Positions 26,508 to 35,277 of a stretch of 64,000 nt of DNA are shown piece after piece. The DNA lies in IMG/VR virus record IMGVR_UViG_2910903598_000005, positions 69,058 to 133,057 of that record; one strand, given 5' to 3'. The notes beneath the pieces were generated by a model. That model saw only the letters and a list, made by a program, of their open reading frames with translations, was not told the origin of the DNA and did not search any database. The translations under genes and the position numbers were made by a program. The DNA comes from a virus (taxonomy: Duplodnaviria; Heunggongvirae; Uroviricota; Caudoviricetes). The number at the start of each line of letters is the position of its first letter. Positions within the stretch are counted from its first letter, which is position 1.

Positions 26508-27833
26508 ATGGAAGAAAATAAAACGGGCGTTTGGATACGGACTAAAAATGGACAAGAACTTAAATATAATTCACGTATGATGAAATTATTTGATGTAGGA
26601 GATATTGTCGAAGTAGATAATGATGATGTATATGCAAAATTTAAAATTGAGATTGTTGAATTAAAAAATGCTTCACGAATTGTTGCTACTTACACAATAA
26701 AACCTCAAGGTAAGATTATTAGAACAACACATCCTTGGCGATATGTTGCACTTCATGATGCTGAATCAATCGAAATGGATGTGTACATCAATGATAAGAT
26801 ATTGGTTATTGTTCCACCATGGTATAAAAAAGAACAGTATAGAAATCAGTGCATACGATCAACAGAAGCGAGCATTACTATAACAAGAAAGGAATCAGTA
26901 AGAACAATGAATGAGGATCTTGAGATTCATACAGGTACGATTTTAGCTGACGAAATAAAAATTGGAACATTAGCCCCACCACCACTTTCAGAAAGAAGAG
27001 TGTCTGTTCTGCCACACTATCAGCAAAAACCAATTACCGCAACGTCAGAAGCAGAAAAGAATTGGTGGAAAGAATGTTGTGGAGGATCCGAAACTGAACG
27101 TGGATTACGAGCAGACGCACCAACACTTGATGATTGGAATGGTGAAATGAGTGCAACTTTAACATTTGCGTCAGAAAAATTGGATGAAATCATGAGTGAA
27201 CTTACAGGAAACGAAGAGGAGAAAGATATGAATATAAAAAATCTAAAAGAAATGATTAAGAGACCGATTTATGTTGATAAAGAAATTACAGTAAAAGAAC
27301 CAATGTTAGACAATAACGGTAAACAGATTGAAAAAGATGGCGAACCAGTGTTTAAAGTAAAACATTATCATGGAATGGTTAAAATCTTATGGACTTCTGG
27401 AGCGGAAACTGTTGCGTATGTAGAAGGAAATGATGTGTATGACAGAGAAAATGGCTTCAAAACCTGTGTATTAAAATACCTTTGCGGCAACGCAGGGGCT
27501 TATGATGCAGTTGATTTCTGGACAAACAAATATGTGAAATATCCAAGCAGCTGTATTGAAGTGACAGAAAACTTATGTAAATTGGAAAAGATTCTGGAGA
27601 AAGATAAGTATAGAAAAGATGATCAGAAAGGTTTACCTCATGCGAAGTTCTTAAGAAGAATAGGTTTGCTTTCAGGTGGTTCTGTTGCTGGTAAACTGAT
27701 TTACAAAAACTGTGATATGAAGTATGTTAATGAATTCAAAAAACTTGCCAAGAAATATTTTCCAGAACTTCAGGGTAAAGAAATTTATGTGAATGGTAAC
27801 AAGAACGATGAAATTTTTGTAGCAATTAAATAA
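26508..27833 (+). CDS. hypothetical protein (441 aa)
   Basis: Ribosome-binding site AGAGGAGA. Long ORF. Confidence 0.6.
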   Translation: MEENKTGVWIRTKNGQELKYNSRMMKLFDVGDIVEVDNDDVYAKFKIEIVELKNASRIVATYTIKPQGKIIRTTHPWRYVALHDAESIEMDVYINDKILVIVPPWYKKEQYRNQCIRSTEASITITRKESVRTMNEDLEIHTGTILADEIKIGTLAPPPLSERRVSVLPHYQQKPITATSEAEKNWWKECCGGSETERGLRADAPTLDDWNGEMSATLTFASEKLDEIMSELTGNEEEKDMNIKNLKEMIKRPIYVDKEITVKEPMLDNNGKQIEKDGEPVFKVKHYHGMVKILWTSGAETVAYVEGNDVYDRENGFKTCVLKYLCGNAGAYDAVDFWTNKYVKYPSSCIEVTENLCKLEKILEKDKYRKDDQKGLPHAKFLRRIGLLSGGSVAGKLIYKNCDMKYVNEFKKLAKKYFPELQGKEIYVNGNKNDEIFVAIK

Positions 27834-27854
27834 TACATAAAAAGGAGATAAAGT

Positions 27855-29924
27855 ATGTGTACACCAATGAATGAAAGCTGGAGTAACTTTTTAAGCAAAT
27901 TGTCAGAGCGTTTAAATAAAATGCTCGACTATGTAGAGAAAAACAATTCTACATTGTATGAAACCGATATTGATAAGGATGAACTTTGGGAAGTATATCT
28001 GAGTAGTTTCCCTGAAGGAACTAACAAAATGTATCGCAAGCGAAGAGAATATGACTGTGGTCATTGTCGAAATTTTATTAAAACAATCGGTGGAGCTGTG
28101 ACAATTGTTGACGGTAAGATTCATACGATCTGGGAGATTGACACTGAGGATGTCGTATTTCAGCCAGTAGTTGATGCTCTGAGAACATATGTAGAATCTA
28201 AACCAATCAAAGATATTTGGAGACATTTTACAAATACAGTTGGTACAAAAACCACAAATGAGTATACAGAAGATAAGCAGATTATCAAATGGACTCATAT
28301 GTATACACCGATTCCAGAGAGATTACTAGAAAGAAAATCCGATATTCCTACAGCAAAAGCAAAAGTTAGAGATCGAAAGAGCGTGTTCAAAAGATCGCTT
28401 GATGAAATCACAGAAGAAGCTGTTGATACGGTATTAGAACTGATCGCTTCAAATACTCTTTATAGAGGACAGGAATGGGAAAGAATCTTAAAGGACTTTA
28501 GAAAATATCAGCGAGAATACAATAGTTTATCCGATGAAGAGAAAGATACATACACATGGGCAAAAGCCATGACGATCGGAGATGTAATTGGTCGTATTAG
28601 AAACCATAGTATTGGTACATTGCTTGTAAATATCAGTGAGGATATGGACTTAGATAATGCGGTTAAGGCTTATGAAAATGTTGTAGCTCCTGCGAATTAC
28701 AAACGACCAAAGGCAATTTTTACAAAGAAAATGCTTGAGGATGCAAAGAAAACTGTGACTGATTTAGGATATATGGATTCATTACAGCGTAGATTTGCGA
28801 AACTTGATGATATTACAGTCAACAATATCCTGTTTTGTAATCGTGATGCAGCACCACGTATTCAGGGCGGTTTAGATATTTTCGATGAGATGAGTAAGGA
28901 AGTTGCTGTAAATCCTAAGAAGTTCTCTAAAGTCGAAGAAATCAGTGCAGAGAAATTCGTATCAGATGTACTTCCAACGGCAAAAGAATTAGAAGTTCTG
29001 TTTGAAAATCGTCACAAGAAGAATATGGTTTCACTGATCGCACCTGTAAATAAAGATGCTAAGAACATGATGAAGTGGAGTAATCCTTTCAGTTGGGCAT
29101 ACACAGGAAATATGACAGATAGCGAAATGAAAGAAAGAGTTAAGAACGCAGGTGGAGCAGTCGATGGAGTCTTAAGATTTTCAATTCAGTGGAATGCAGG
29201 AAAAGATTGGAATAGGGATGATTTTGATGCACATTGTAAAACACCTTGTCAGCATATTTTCTTTAGCCATATGGTTGATCACGTGACACGAGGCAGACTT
29301 GATGTTGATGTAATCAATCCAGAAAAAGGAAAACCTGCTGTAGAAAATATTACATGGGCGGATAAATCTGAAATGGTTGATGGAGATTATGAATTTTTCG
29401 TACATAATTATTGCCATAGCAACGGTACATCAGGATTTACAGCAGAGATTGAATTTGATGGTCAGATTTACGAATTTGAATATGATAAACCTTTAAGACA
29501 GGGACAGAACGTACCAGTGGCTACAGTTACATTAAAAGATGGAGTATTCACAATCAAAGAGAAACTTCCATCAACAACATCTTCAAGAGAAATCTGGGGA
29601 ATCAATACAAATCAGTTTGTGCCAGTAACAGTAATGTGTTATTCACCTAACTATTGGGACGAGCAGACAGGTATTGGACATAAACATTATCTGTTTATGT
29701 TAAACGGATGTGTAAATGAAGATACTCCAAATGGATTCTTCAATGAGTTTTTGAAGCAGGAATTAGTACAGCACAAGAGAGTATTCGAGGCTTTAGGAAG
29801 CAAGATGCATGTCGCAGATGATCCAAACCAGTTATCAGGAATTGGCTTCAGTTCTACAAAACGAGATGATGTGATCGTTAAAGTCAAGGGTGCAACAGAA
29901 AGAGTTCTTAAAATTAAATTTTAA
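27855..29924 (+). CDS. large hypothetical protein (689 aa), Cys/His-containing (YDCGHCRNF), no recognisable catalytic motif by eye
   Basis: Ribosome-binding site AAAAGGAGA. Longest ORF in the accessory block. Confidence 0.6.
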   Translation: MCTPMNESWSNFLSKLSERLNKMLDYVEKNNSTLYETDIDKDELWEVYLSSFPEGTNKMYRKRREYDCGHCRNFIKTIGGAVTIVDGKIHTIWEIDTEDVVFQPVVDALRTYVESKPIKDIWRHFTNTVGTKTTNEYTEDKQIIKWTHMYTPIPERLLERKSDIPTAKAKVRDRKSVFKRSLDEITEEAVDTVLELIASNTLYRGQEWERILKDFRKYQREYNSLSDEEKDTYTWAKAMTIGDVIGRIRNHSIGTLLVNISEDMDLDNAVKAYENVVAPANYKRPKAIFTKKMLEDAKKTVTDLGYMDSLQRRFAKLDDITVNNILFCNRDAAPRIQGGLDIFDEMSKEVAVNPKKFSKVEEISAEKFVSDVLPTAKELEVLFENRHKKNMVSLIAPVNKDAKNMMKWSNPFSWAYTGNMTDSEMKERVKNAGGAVDGVLRFSIQWNAGKDWNRDDFDAHCKTPCQHIFFSHMVDHVTRGRLDVDVINPEKGKPAVENITWADKSEMVDGDYEFFVHNYCHSNGTSGFTAEIEFDGQIYEFEYDKPLRQGQNVPVATVTLKDGVFTIKEKLPSTTSSREIWGINTNQFVPVTVMCYSPNYWDEQTGIGHKHYLFMLNGCVNEDTPNGFFNEFLKQELVQHKRVFEALGSKMHVADDPNQLSGIGFSSTKRDDVIVKVKGATERVLKIKF

Positions 29925-29944
29925 TATAAAAAGGAGATTAAATT

Positions 29945-30334
29945 ATGACAACAGAAAAGTTATTCGAAATGGCAACAAGAAGCAAATTGAGATTCCCATC
30001 AACAAAGGGAGAATTATCCGTAGAAGATTTATGGGATTTATCTGATAAAGATTTAGACGTGGTTTATAAAAATCTGAAAGATCAGGAAGTTAAATCTTCA
30101 GAAGAAAGTCTGTTGGATGATGCAAATGTTGATCCAAAATTAACGGCTGCGATTGGTATTGTGAAGTATATCTTTACAACAAAACGTAATGAGAGACTTG
30201 CTGAAAAGGAACGTATTAATAAGAAACTGACACAGAGAAAATATATTGATGCTCTTTCCAAGAAACAGGATGAGGCTATTGAGAAGATGTCAGAAGCAGA
30301 ATTACGTGCAATGATTGATTCGTTAGAAGATTAA
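29945..30334 (+). CDS. hypothetical protein (129 aa)
   Basis: Ribosome-binding site AAAAGGAGA. Confidence 0.55.
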   Translation: MTTEKLFEMATRSKLRFPSTKGELSVEDLWDLSDKDLDVVYKNLKDQEVKSSEESLLDDANVDPKLTAAIGIVKYIFTTKRNERLAEKERINKKLTQRKYIDALSKKQDEAIEKMSEAELRAMIDSLED

Positions 30335-30391
30335 GATAATACACCTTCCCGTCAAATTTGACGGGTGGGTGCTTAAAGAAAGGAGACTGGA

Positions 30392-30859
30392 ATGATTTAT
30401 AAATTAGAATTAGGCGACTGGTCGGAAGATGGGCATAAAATATCAGAAAGTTTTTTATTTGATTGTAACTATGATATTCATAAAATTCGACAAGCGTATA
30501 AAGACAGTTGTAAAAAGCTAGGAGTAGCTTTTAATTACAATGAAGATTATACGGGTCTAGGTCTTGGTTATAGAAGTGAGAGACTGATTTGGACAGAGTA
30601 TCAAGAATCAGAAATGAGCGAAACAGCATTTGAAATTTTAAATAATTCTGGGTGTTTTAAAGAGGTTGATTTCTATAAAGAAGATGGCGTGTATTATATT
30701 GAAGAAAGGAAAGATTGTGCAAAACTTATTATGAATTTTATCGCACTGTCTATGCCTGAAGATTTTCGATATAAGCTTGTCCAAGAGCCAAAAGTTGAAT
30801 CGATTAATAGTTGGAATGATGAACTGAGACAGCACTTTGGGTATGGATTATTTGATTAA
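30392..30859 (+). CDS. hypothetical protein (155 aa)
   Basis: Ribosome-binding site AAAGGAGA. Confidence 0.55.
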   Translation: MIYKLELGDWSEDGHKISESFLFDCNYDIHKIRQAYKDSCKKLGVAFNYNEDYTGLGLGYRSERLIWTEYQESEMSETAFEILNNSGCFKEVDFYKEDGVYYIEERKDCAKLIMNFIALSMPEDFRYKLVQEPKVESINSWNDELRQHFGYGLFD

Positions 30860-30887
30860 TAAAACAGTAATTTAAAGGAAGAGAAAT

Positions 30888-31220
30888 ATGGAAGTTAAAG
30901 CAAAATGGACAGGTCGTGGTTTTGCACTCTGTATTGGAGAATGGAAGCTTTATGTTGATGGTAAAGATGTTACCGATAAGATTCCAGAAGACTTACGCAC
31001 AGAACCTATGAATACATATAAAAGATATGAGCGATGGTATTTTAAGGACTGGGTTGAAGAATGGGAATCATATTATGACGGACTGAAACAAGATGAGTGG
31101 ATTGAGTCTAATAAATATTGGTTAGATGAAATTACAACAGATATTGATGTTCAGCGCCAGATTTTCAAGGCAATCAACGAAGAGGATTTTCGCACTAATT
31201 CTTGTGGCGGATGTATTTAG
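30888..31220 (+). CDS. hypothetical protein (110 aa)
   Basis: Ribosome-binding site AAAGGAAGAG. Confidence 0.5.
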   Translation: MEVKAKWTGRGFALCIGEWKLYVDGKDVTDKIPEDLRTEPMNTYKRYERWYFKDWVEEWESYYDGLKQDEWIESNKYWLDEITTDIDVQRQIFKAINEEDFRTNSCGGCI

Positions 31221-31285
31221 TAACTAGATTATGACATCTGTATATGGTGTTGTGATAAATAAATTTTATAACAAAGGAGATATTT

Positions 31286-32746
31286 ATGATTGAAGTAATT
31301 GGAACAGTGGTACCAGTGGTTGTTGCGGTAGGTGGCGTAGGAGCTATTATCGGTAGCGGCTATGTCAAAGCAAGTCCAGATAAAGCTTATATTATTTCTG
31401 GACTTAGAAAGACACCTAAGACATTAATTGGTAAGGCAGGGTTAAAAATCCCATTCTTTGAAAAAGCAGATCATCTTAATCTTGAGTTAATTCCAATTGA
31501 TGTTAAGACATCAAGTTCTGTGCCTACAGCAGATTATATCAATATCAATGTAGATGCAGCGGTCAATGTAAAGGTTAGCAGTAATCCAGAAAGATTAAAA
31601 CTTGCAGCAGAAAACTTCTTAAATAAGCCAGTAGGCGATATTGGACAGGTCGCAAGAGAAGTCCTTGAAGGTAATATGCGAGAGATCGTTGGAAAGATGA
31701 GCCTCGAAGAAATGGTTTCTGATCGTCAGAAATTTGCACAGCTTGTTACAGAAAATGCGAAGCCAGACCTTGCTGCAATGGGATTAGATATCATCAGTTT
31801 TAATGTGCAGAATTTTATGGATGATAATGATGTTATTGAAAATCTTGGTGTAGATAATGTTGTTAAAATTCAGAAGAAGGCTGCAATTTCCAGAGCTGAA
31901 AGCGAAAGAGATATTGAAAAAGCAAAAGCAATGGCTGAAAAAGAAGCGAATGATGCAAGGGTTGAGTCAGAAACAGCGATCGCAGAAAAGAATAACAATC
32001 TGGAAATTAAAAAATCTGAACTTGAGAAGATTTCAAAAGCAAAGAAGGCTGAGGCAGATGCAGCATACAAGATTCAGGAAGAAAAATCACGTAAAGAAAT
32101 TGAAGTTGTAACTGCGGATGCTAATATTATGCGTCAGGAAAAGGAAATTGAACTGAAGCGTAAAGACGTTGAGGTAACAGAGCAGACATTAGATGCGCAG
32201 ATTAAGAAACAAGCAGAAGCTGAAAAATATGCTTCTCAGCAGAGAGCAGATGCAGACTTATACAAGAGACAGAAAGAATCTGAAGCTAATAAATATGCTA
32301 AAGAAAAAGAAGCTGAATCTACAAAATATGCTATGGAACAGGAAGCTGAAGGTATTCGTGCAAAGGGTGTAGCAGAAGCCGAGGCAATCAAAGCTAAAGG
32401 TATTGCTGAAGCAGAAGCAATCGAAAAGAAAGCAGAAGCTATGAAACAGATGGGTAAAGCTTCTATTGTAGAAATGATGTGCCAGATGTTCCCAGAAGCA
32501 GTTAAAAATGCAGCCGCACCATTAGGAAATGTAGGAAGTATCACTATGTATGGAGAAGGAAACACAACAAAATTAACAAAAGATATTATGAATGTTGTGA
32601 ATCAGGTATCAGATGGTGTTAAAGGATCTACAGGTGTTGATCTTGCAAAGATGCTAAAAGATTTTGTTTCTGAAGATAAAGAAGTAGAATCTACAGATAA
32701 TGAAAATCTTGGAACACCAGAGCCAGCAGATTACCGTGAGTTCTAA
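31286..32746 (+). CDS. flotillin-like SPFH/Band-7 membrane protein (FloT/YqiK-like)
   Basis: N-terminal transmembrane helix, an SPFH core (LIGKAGLKIPFFEKADHLNLELIPIDVKT...), and a long Ala/Glu/Lys-rich coiled coil with EA repeats (AEAEAIKAKGIAEAEAIEKKAEA). Ribosome-binding site AAAGGAGA. Confidence 0.8.
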   Translation: MIEVIGTVVPVVVAVGGVGAIIGSGYVKASPDKAYIISGLRKTPKTLIGKAGLKIPFFEKADHLNLELIPIDVKTSSSVPTADYININVDAAVNVKVSSNPERLKLAAENFLNKPVGDIGQVAREVLEGNMREIVGKMSLEEMVSDRQKFAQLVTENAKPDLAAMGLDIISFNVQNFMDDNDVIENLGVDNVVKIQKKAAISRAESERDIEKAKAMAEKEANDARVESETAIAEKNNNLEIKKSELEKISKAKKAEADAAYKIQEEKSRKEIEVVTADANIMRQEKEIELKRKDVEVTEQTLDAQIKKQAEAEKYASQQRADADLYKRQKESEANKYAKEKEAESTKYAMEQEAEGIRAKGVAEAEAIKAKGIAEAEAIEKKAEAMKQMGKASIVEMMCQMFPEAVKNAAAPLGNVGSITMYGEGNTTKLTKDIMNVVNQVSDGVKGSTGVDLAKMLKDFVSEDKEVESTDNENLGTPEPADYREF

Positions 32747-32760
32747 TAGGAGAAATTATT

Positions 32761-33495
32761 ATGACAATTATTATTATTTGTGTAATTGTAGCGATTATCG
32801 CATATTTACAATTTACTAAAAACGGAAAGCAGATTAAAAATGTGGCATCTGGAACAGTTACAGAAAAGATCAAAGAAAATGCAATGACTCCAGAGGGAGC
32901 AAGAGCCAGATATAATACTGCAATTAAAGAGAAACAAGACTTTTATAAGAAAACAATGGGTACATACACAACGGTAGCTGGTAGATTGGCAACAATGGAA
33001 GATGATCTCAAAGAAACAAAAGAAGAAATTTCTAAAACCGAGGCAATGATCAACCAGTACATTGATAATCATGATGATAAAAAAGCAATGTATTATGCTC
33101 AAAAATTAGCCACGCTAAAGGCACAGAAATCAGTGTACGAAAAGAAAATCCCAGAGTTGCAAACCACAAAGGATAAACAGGAAGAAATTAAAAACCAGGC
33201 ATATGATCAGCTCATTAAGTTAAAAGGCGAAAAAGATACTGTAGTTCTCCAGATGGAGGCAGATCAGCAGATTGCAGAATTACAGAAAAATTTAGATCAA
33301 TATAATAGTTCAAATGTTGCTCAGGAAGGTTTGGAAGAGGTTCGAGAAGGAGCAAAGAAACTTAGCGAACAAGCCAAAGGCGTTGCTATTGCGTATGAAT
33401 CTAGTGCAGAAACATTAGATTATCGTATGGAGCAGGATGAACGACAGCAGGAAGCTCAGGCTATCTTAGATCAGATGAAAAACGCTCGTAAATAG
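32761..33495 (+). CDS. membrane-anchored coiled-coil protein, PspA/IM30-like helical-hairpin candidate
   Basis: Single N-terminal transmembrane helix MTIIIICVIVAIIAYLQF, then about 200 aa of heptad-like coiled coil loosely alignable to PspA. Ribosome-binding site TAGGAGAA, 14 nt after the flotillin stop. Confidence 0.45.
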   Translation: MTIIIICVIVAIIAYLQFTKNGKQIKNVASGTVTEKIKENAMTPEGARARYNTAIKEKQDFYKKTMGTYTTVAGRLATMEDDLKETKEEISKTEAMINQYIDNHDDKKAMYYAQKLATLKAQKSVYEKKIPELQTTKDKQEEIKNQAYDQLIKLKGEKDTVVLQMEADQQIAELQKNLDQYNSSNVAQEGLEEVREGAKKLSEQAKGVAIAYESSAETLDYRMEQDERQQEAQAILDQMKNARK

Positions 33496-33536
33496 CAGAT
33501 AAATTCATCTACAAAAATTAATTTCACAAACATAAA

Positions 33537-33622
33537 ACTGGCATTTTATGACTCTATAAAACACAATATATAGTGATTATCCAATTATTGAACCACTATA
33601 TATAGTTGTATAAAGTGCCAGT
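33537..33622 (+). other. Long imperfect hairpin (ACTGGCA...TGCCAGT with inner ATATATAGTG / CACTATATAT) ending 4 nt before the tRNA 5' end
   Basis: Read directly. A possible precursor or leader structure, or a small RNA. Confidence 0.35.
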
Positions 33623-33625
33623 CAT

Positions 33626-33763
33626 GGAAACATAGCTCAGTTGGTAGAGCAGGCAATACATAAACATTCATTTTTCTACCTCCATATAAGTATTTTTATT
33701 TATTTACATTTAATTTTCATCACATATAAATTGCCGACACAGGTTCGATTCCTGTTGTTTCCA
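33626..33763 (+). tRNA. tRNA-like gene interrupted by an insertion of about 75 nt in the anticodon loop (identity undetermined)
   Basis: Perfect 7-bp acceptor stem GGAAACA/TGTTTCC. D-arm GCTC-AGTTGGTA-GAGC. Anticodon stem GGCAA ... TTGCC separated by about 74 nt. T-arm ACAGG-TTCGATT-CCTGT. Discriminator A. Terminator immediately downstream. Confidence 0.55.
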
Positions 33764-33765
33764 CT

Positions 33766-33805
33766 AAAAAAGACCTCAACCTAAATGGTTAAAGTCTTTT
33801 TGGTT
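33766..33805. terminator. bidirectional rho-independent terminator between the tRNA (+) and the HTH gene (-)
   Basis: AAAAAGACC...GGTtaAAGTCTTTTT, with A-run and T-run on both sides. Confidence 0.6.
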
Positions 33806-34007
33806 AATCGTTTGGTATGACCTCGATAACATCTTCAACTTTGCAATCAAGATATAAGCAAATTTTGTCAATGTTTTCGAGACTGATATACTGATTCTTT
33901 GCCATCTTGGCAATTGTACCAGACCCCATATTTAAAGCGGTTCGTAAATCAGATTTTGTCATACCCTTTTTCGCTAAAGTTACGAAAAGCGGTTTATAAC
34001 TTATCAT
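33804..34007 (-). CDS. small XRE/Cro-like helix-turn-helix DNA-binding protein (67 aa)
   Basis: MISYKPLFVTLAKKGMTKSDLRTALNMGSGTIAKMAKNQ... has an HTH pattern. Minus-strand ribosome-binding site GGAGGT 6 nt upstream. The longer track ORF lacks a ribosome-binding site. Confidence 0.6.
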   Translation of the reverse strand: MISYKPLFVTLAKKGMTKSDLRTALNMGSGTIAKMAKNQYISLENIDKICLYLDCKVEDVIEVIPND

Positions 34008-34088
34008 ATGATATACCTCCACATCTATATTGTAACATATTATATACAGGATGTAAAATAAAATATTCAAGAAGTTGAAGATTTTGTA

Positions 34089-34117
34089 TTGACACTATGT
34101 GCAAGAAGTGGTATATT
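34089..34117 (+). promoter_or_regulatory. sigma70-like promoter (TTGACA, 17 nt, TATATT) divergent from the HTH gene
   Basis: TTGACA at 34089-34094, TATATT at 34112-34117. A minus-strand TTGAAT/TATATA pair also lies in this intergenic region. Confidence 0.5.
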
Positions 34118-34173
34118 ATATTCAACAAATGAAAGGTAAACTTCAAGAAAATGAAATATGAAGGAGTGAGAAA

Positions 34174-34581
34174 ATGTCAAATAAAATTTACAGATATTAT
34201 CAACCAAACGATAAAGATACAAAAGACAATCATTCAGATTGCGTGATCAGAGCATTAACAAAAGTGCTTGATAAAGAATGGTTAACAACATTTGATGATT
34301 TGTTACCATACGCAAGGGATATGCAGTGTATGCCATCAGAGCGAAAATGTTACGAAGAATATTTATTCGATAATGGGTTTGCTTATCAAGGTATTAGCAA
34401 CCGAAAAGGATCTAAACGACCAACAGTTGAAAGTTTTGCAAAAGATCATAAACAAGGCAATTACTTGGTAAATGTTGCGAATCATGTAGTTGCAATTTCA
34501 GACGGTTGTTATTACGACACATGGGATTCTGGAGATTGTTGCTTGTATGGATATTACTATAAGGAAGAAGGAGAGAAATAA
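34174..34581 (+). CDS. hypothetical Cys-rich protein (135 aa)
   Basis: Ribosome-binding site GAAGGAGTGAG. Confidence 0.55.
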   Translation: MSNKIYRYYQPNDKDTKDNHSDCVIRALTKVLDKEWLTTFDDLLPYARDMQCMPSERKCYEEYLFDNGFAYQGISNRKGSKRPTVESFAKDHKQGNYLVNVANHVVAISDGCYYDTWDSGDCCLYGYYYKEEGEK

Positions 34582-34869
34582 ATGAGAAAGAAAATTTTGG
34601 CAACGGTTCTAGGAACAACGATTTGCTTAGGATCAATGACAGGATGTACCGCAGGATTCAAAAGAGGAGTTGTTGATATGAAAAGCAATTGGAATGGTGG
34701 TATGAATAGAGTCATTACAGTATACACGGCAGACGGTAAGAAGATTGCTGAATATAAAGGAAAAATTGATATTGATACAAATGATGGTGGATATGTCAAG
34801 TTTGACTACAAAGGTAAGAGATATATTTATTATAACTGTTTTGTAGAGAGTATCGCAGATATTGATTAG
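34582..34869 (+). CDS. small lipoprotein (signal peptide plus lipobox-like MTGC)
   Basis: MRKKILATVLGTTICLGSMTGCTAG. Ribosome-binding site GGAGAGAAATAAATG. Confidence 0.5.
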   Translation: MRKKILATVLGTTICLGSMTGCTAGFKRGVVDMKSNWNGGMNRVITVYTADGKKIAEYKGKIDIDTNDGGYVKFDYKGKRYIYYNCFVESIADID

Positions 34870-34884
34870 AGAGGAGAGAAACAA

Positions 34885-35277
34885 ATGAATTTAGAAGAAA
34901 CTATCAAATGCGCAAATGATATGACAACAAAGAAATACACAGAAGCCATGTTGTGTCATGCGAATCCAGACGATGAAGAACTTGATGGATTGATTGACTG
35001 TGCCTTAAATCATGAGCAACTTGCGAAGTGGCTGGGAGAATTGAAAGAGTTAAAAGAATATAAAGAAAAGTATAGATGGCATGACTTAAGAAAGAATCCT
35101 GATGATCTGCCAGAAGATATTAAGTACGTTTGGGTTTTTATAAAAGGTGAATGCACTCATAGGTCATGGCACGATTCTCATGGATGGAGAAGGCGTAACA
35201 GTAACATTTTATACTATAACGACGAAAGTGTTTTGGCGTGGAGAGAGATTGAAGAGTTTAAAAGTGAGGGGAAATAA
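34885..35277 (+). CDS. hypothetical protein (130 aa)
   Basis: Ribosome-binding site GAGAGGAGAG. Confidence 0.5.
   Translation: MNLEETIKCANDMTTKKYTEAMLCHANPDDEELDGLIDCALNHEQLAKWLGELKELKEYKEKYRWHDLRKNPDDLPEDIKYVWVFIKGECTHRSWHDSHGWRRRNSNILYYNDESVLAWREIEEFKSEGK

Noticed and set aside
31857-32565. Alternative-frame ORFs inside the flotillin gene (31857-32111 +, 31870-32070 -, 32236-32565 -)
   Set aside because: Generated by the repetitive GCAGAAGC/AE-coding DNA. The flotillin frame is the only one with a ribosome-binding site and a coherent domain structure.
33626-33763. Interpreting the split tRNA as a group I intron-containing tRNA or as a partial attP copy
   Set aside because: The insert (~75 nt) is far too short for a group I ribozyme. 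Both tRNA halves are present with perfectly paired acceptor stem, so it is not a truncated att core. Left as an unexplained interruption.
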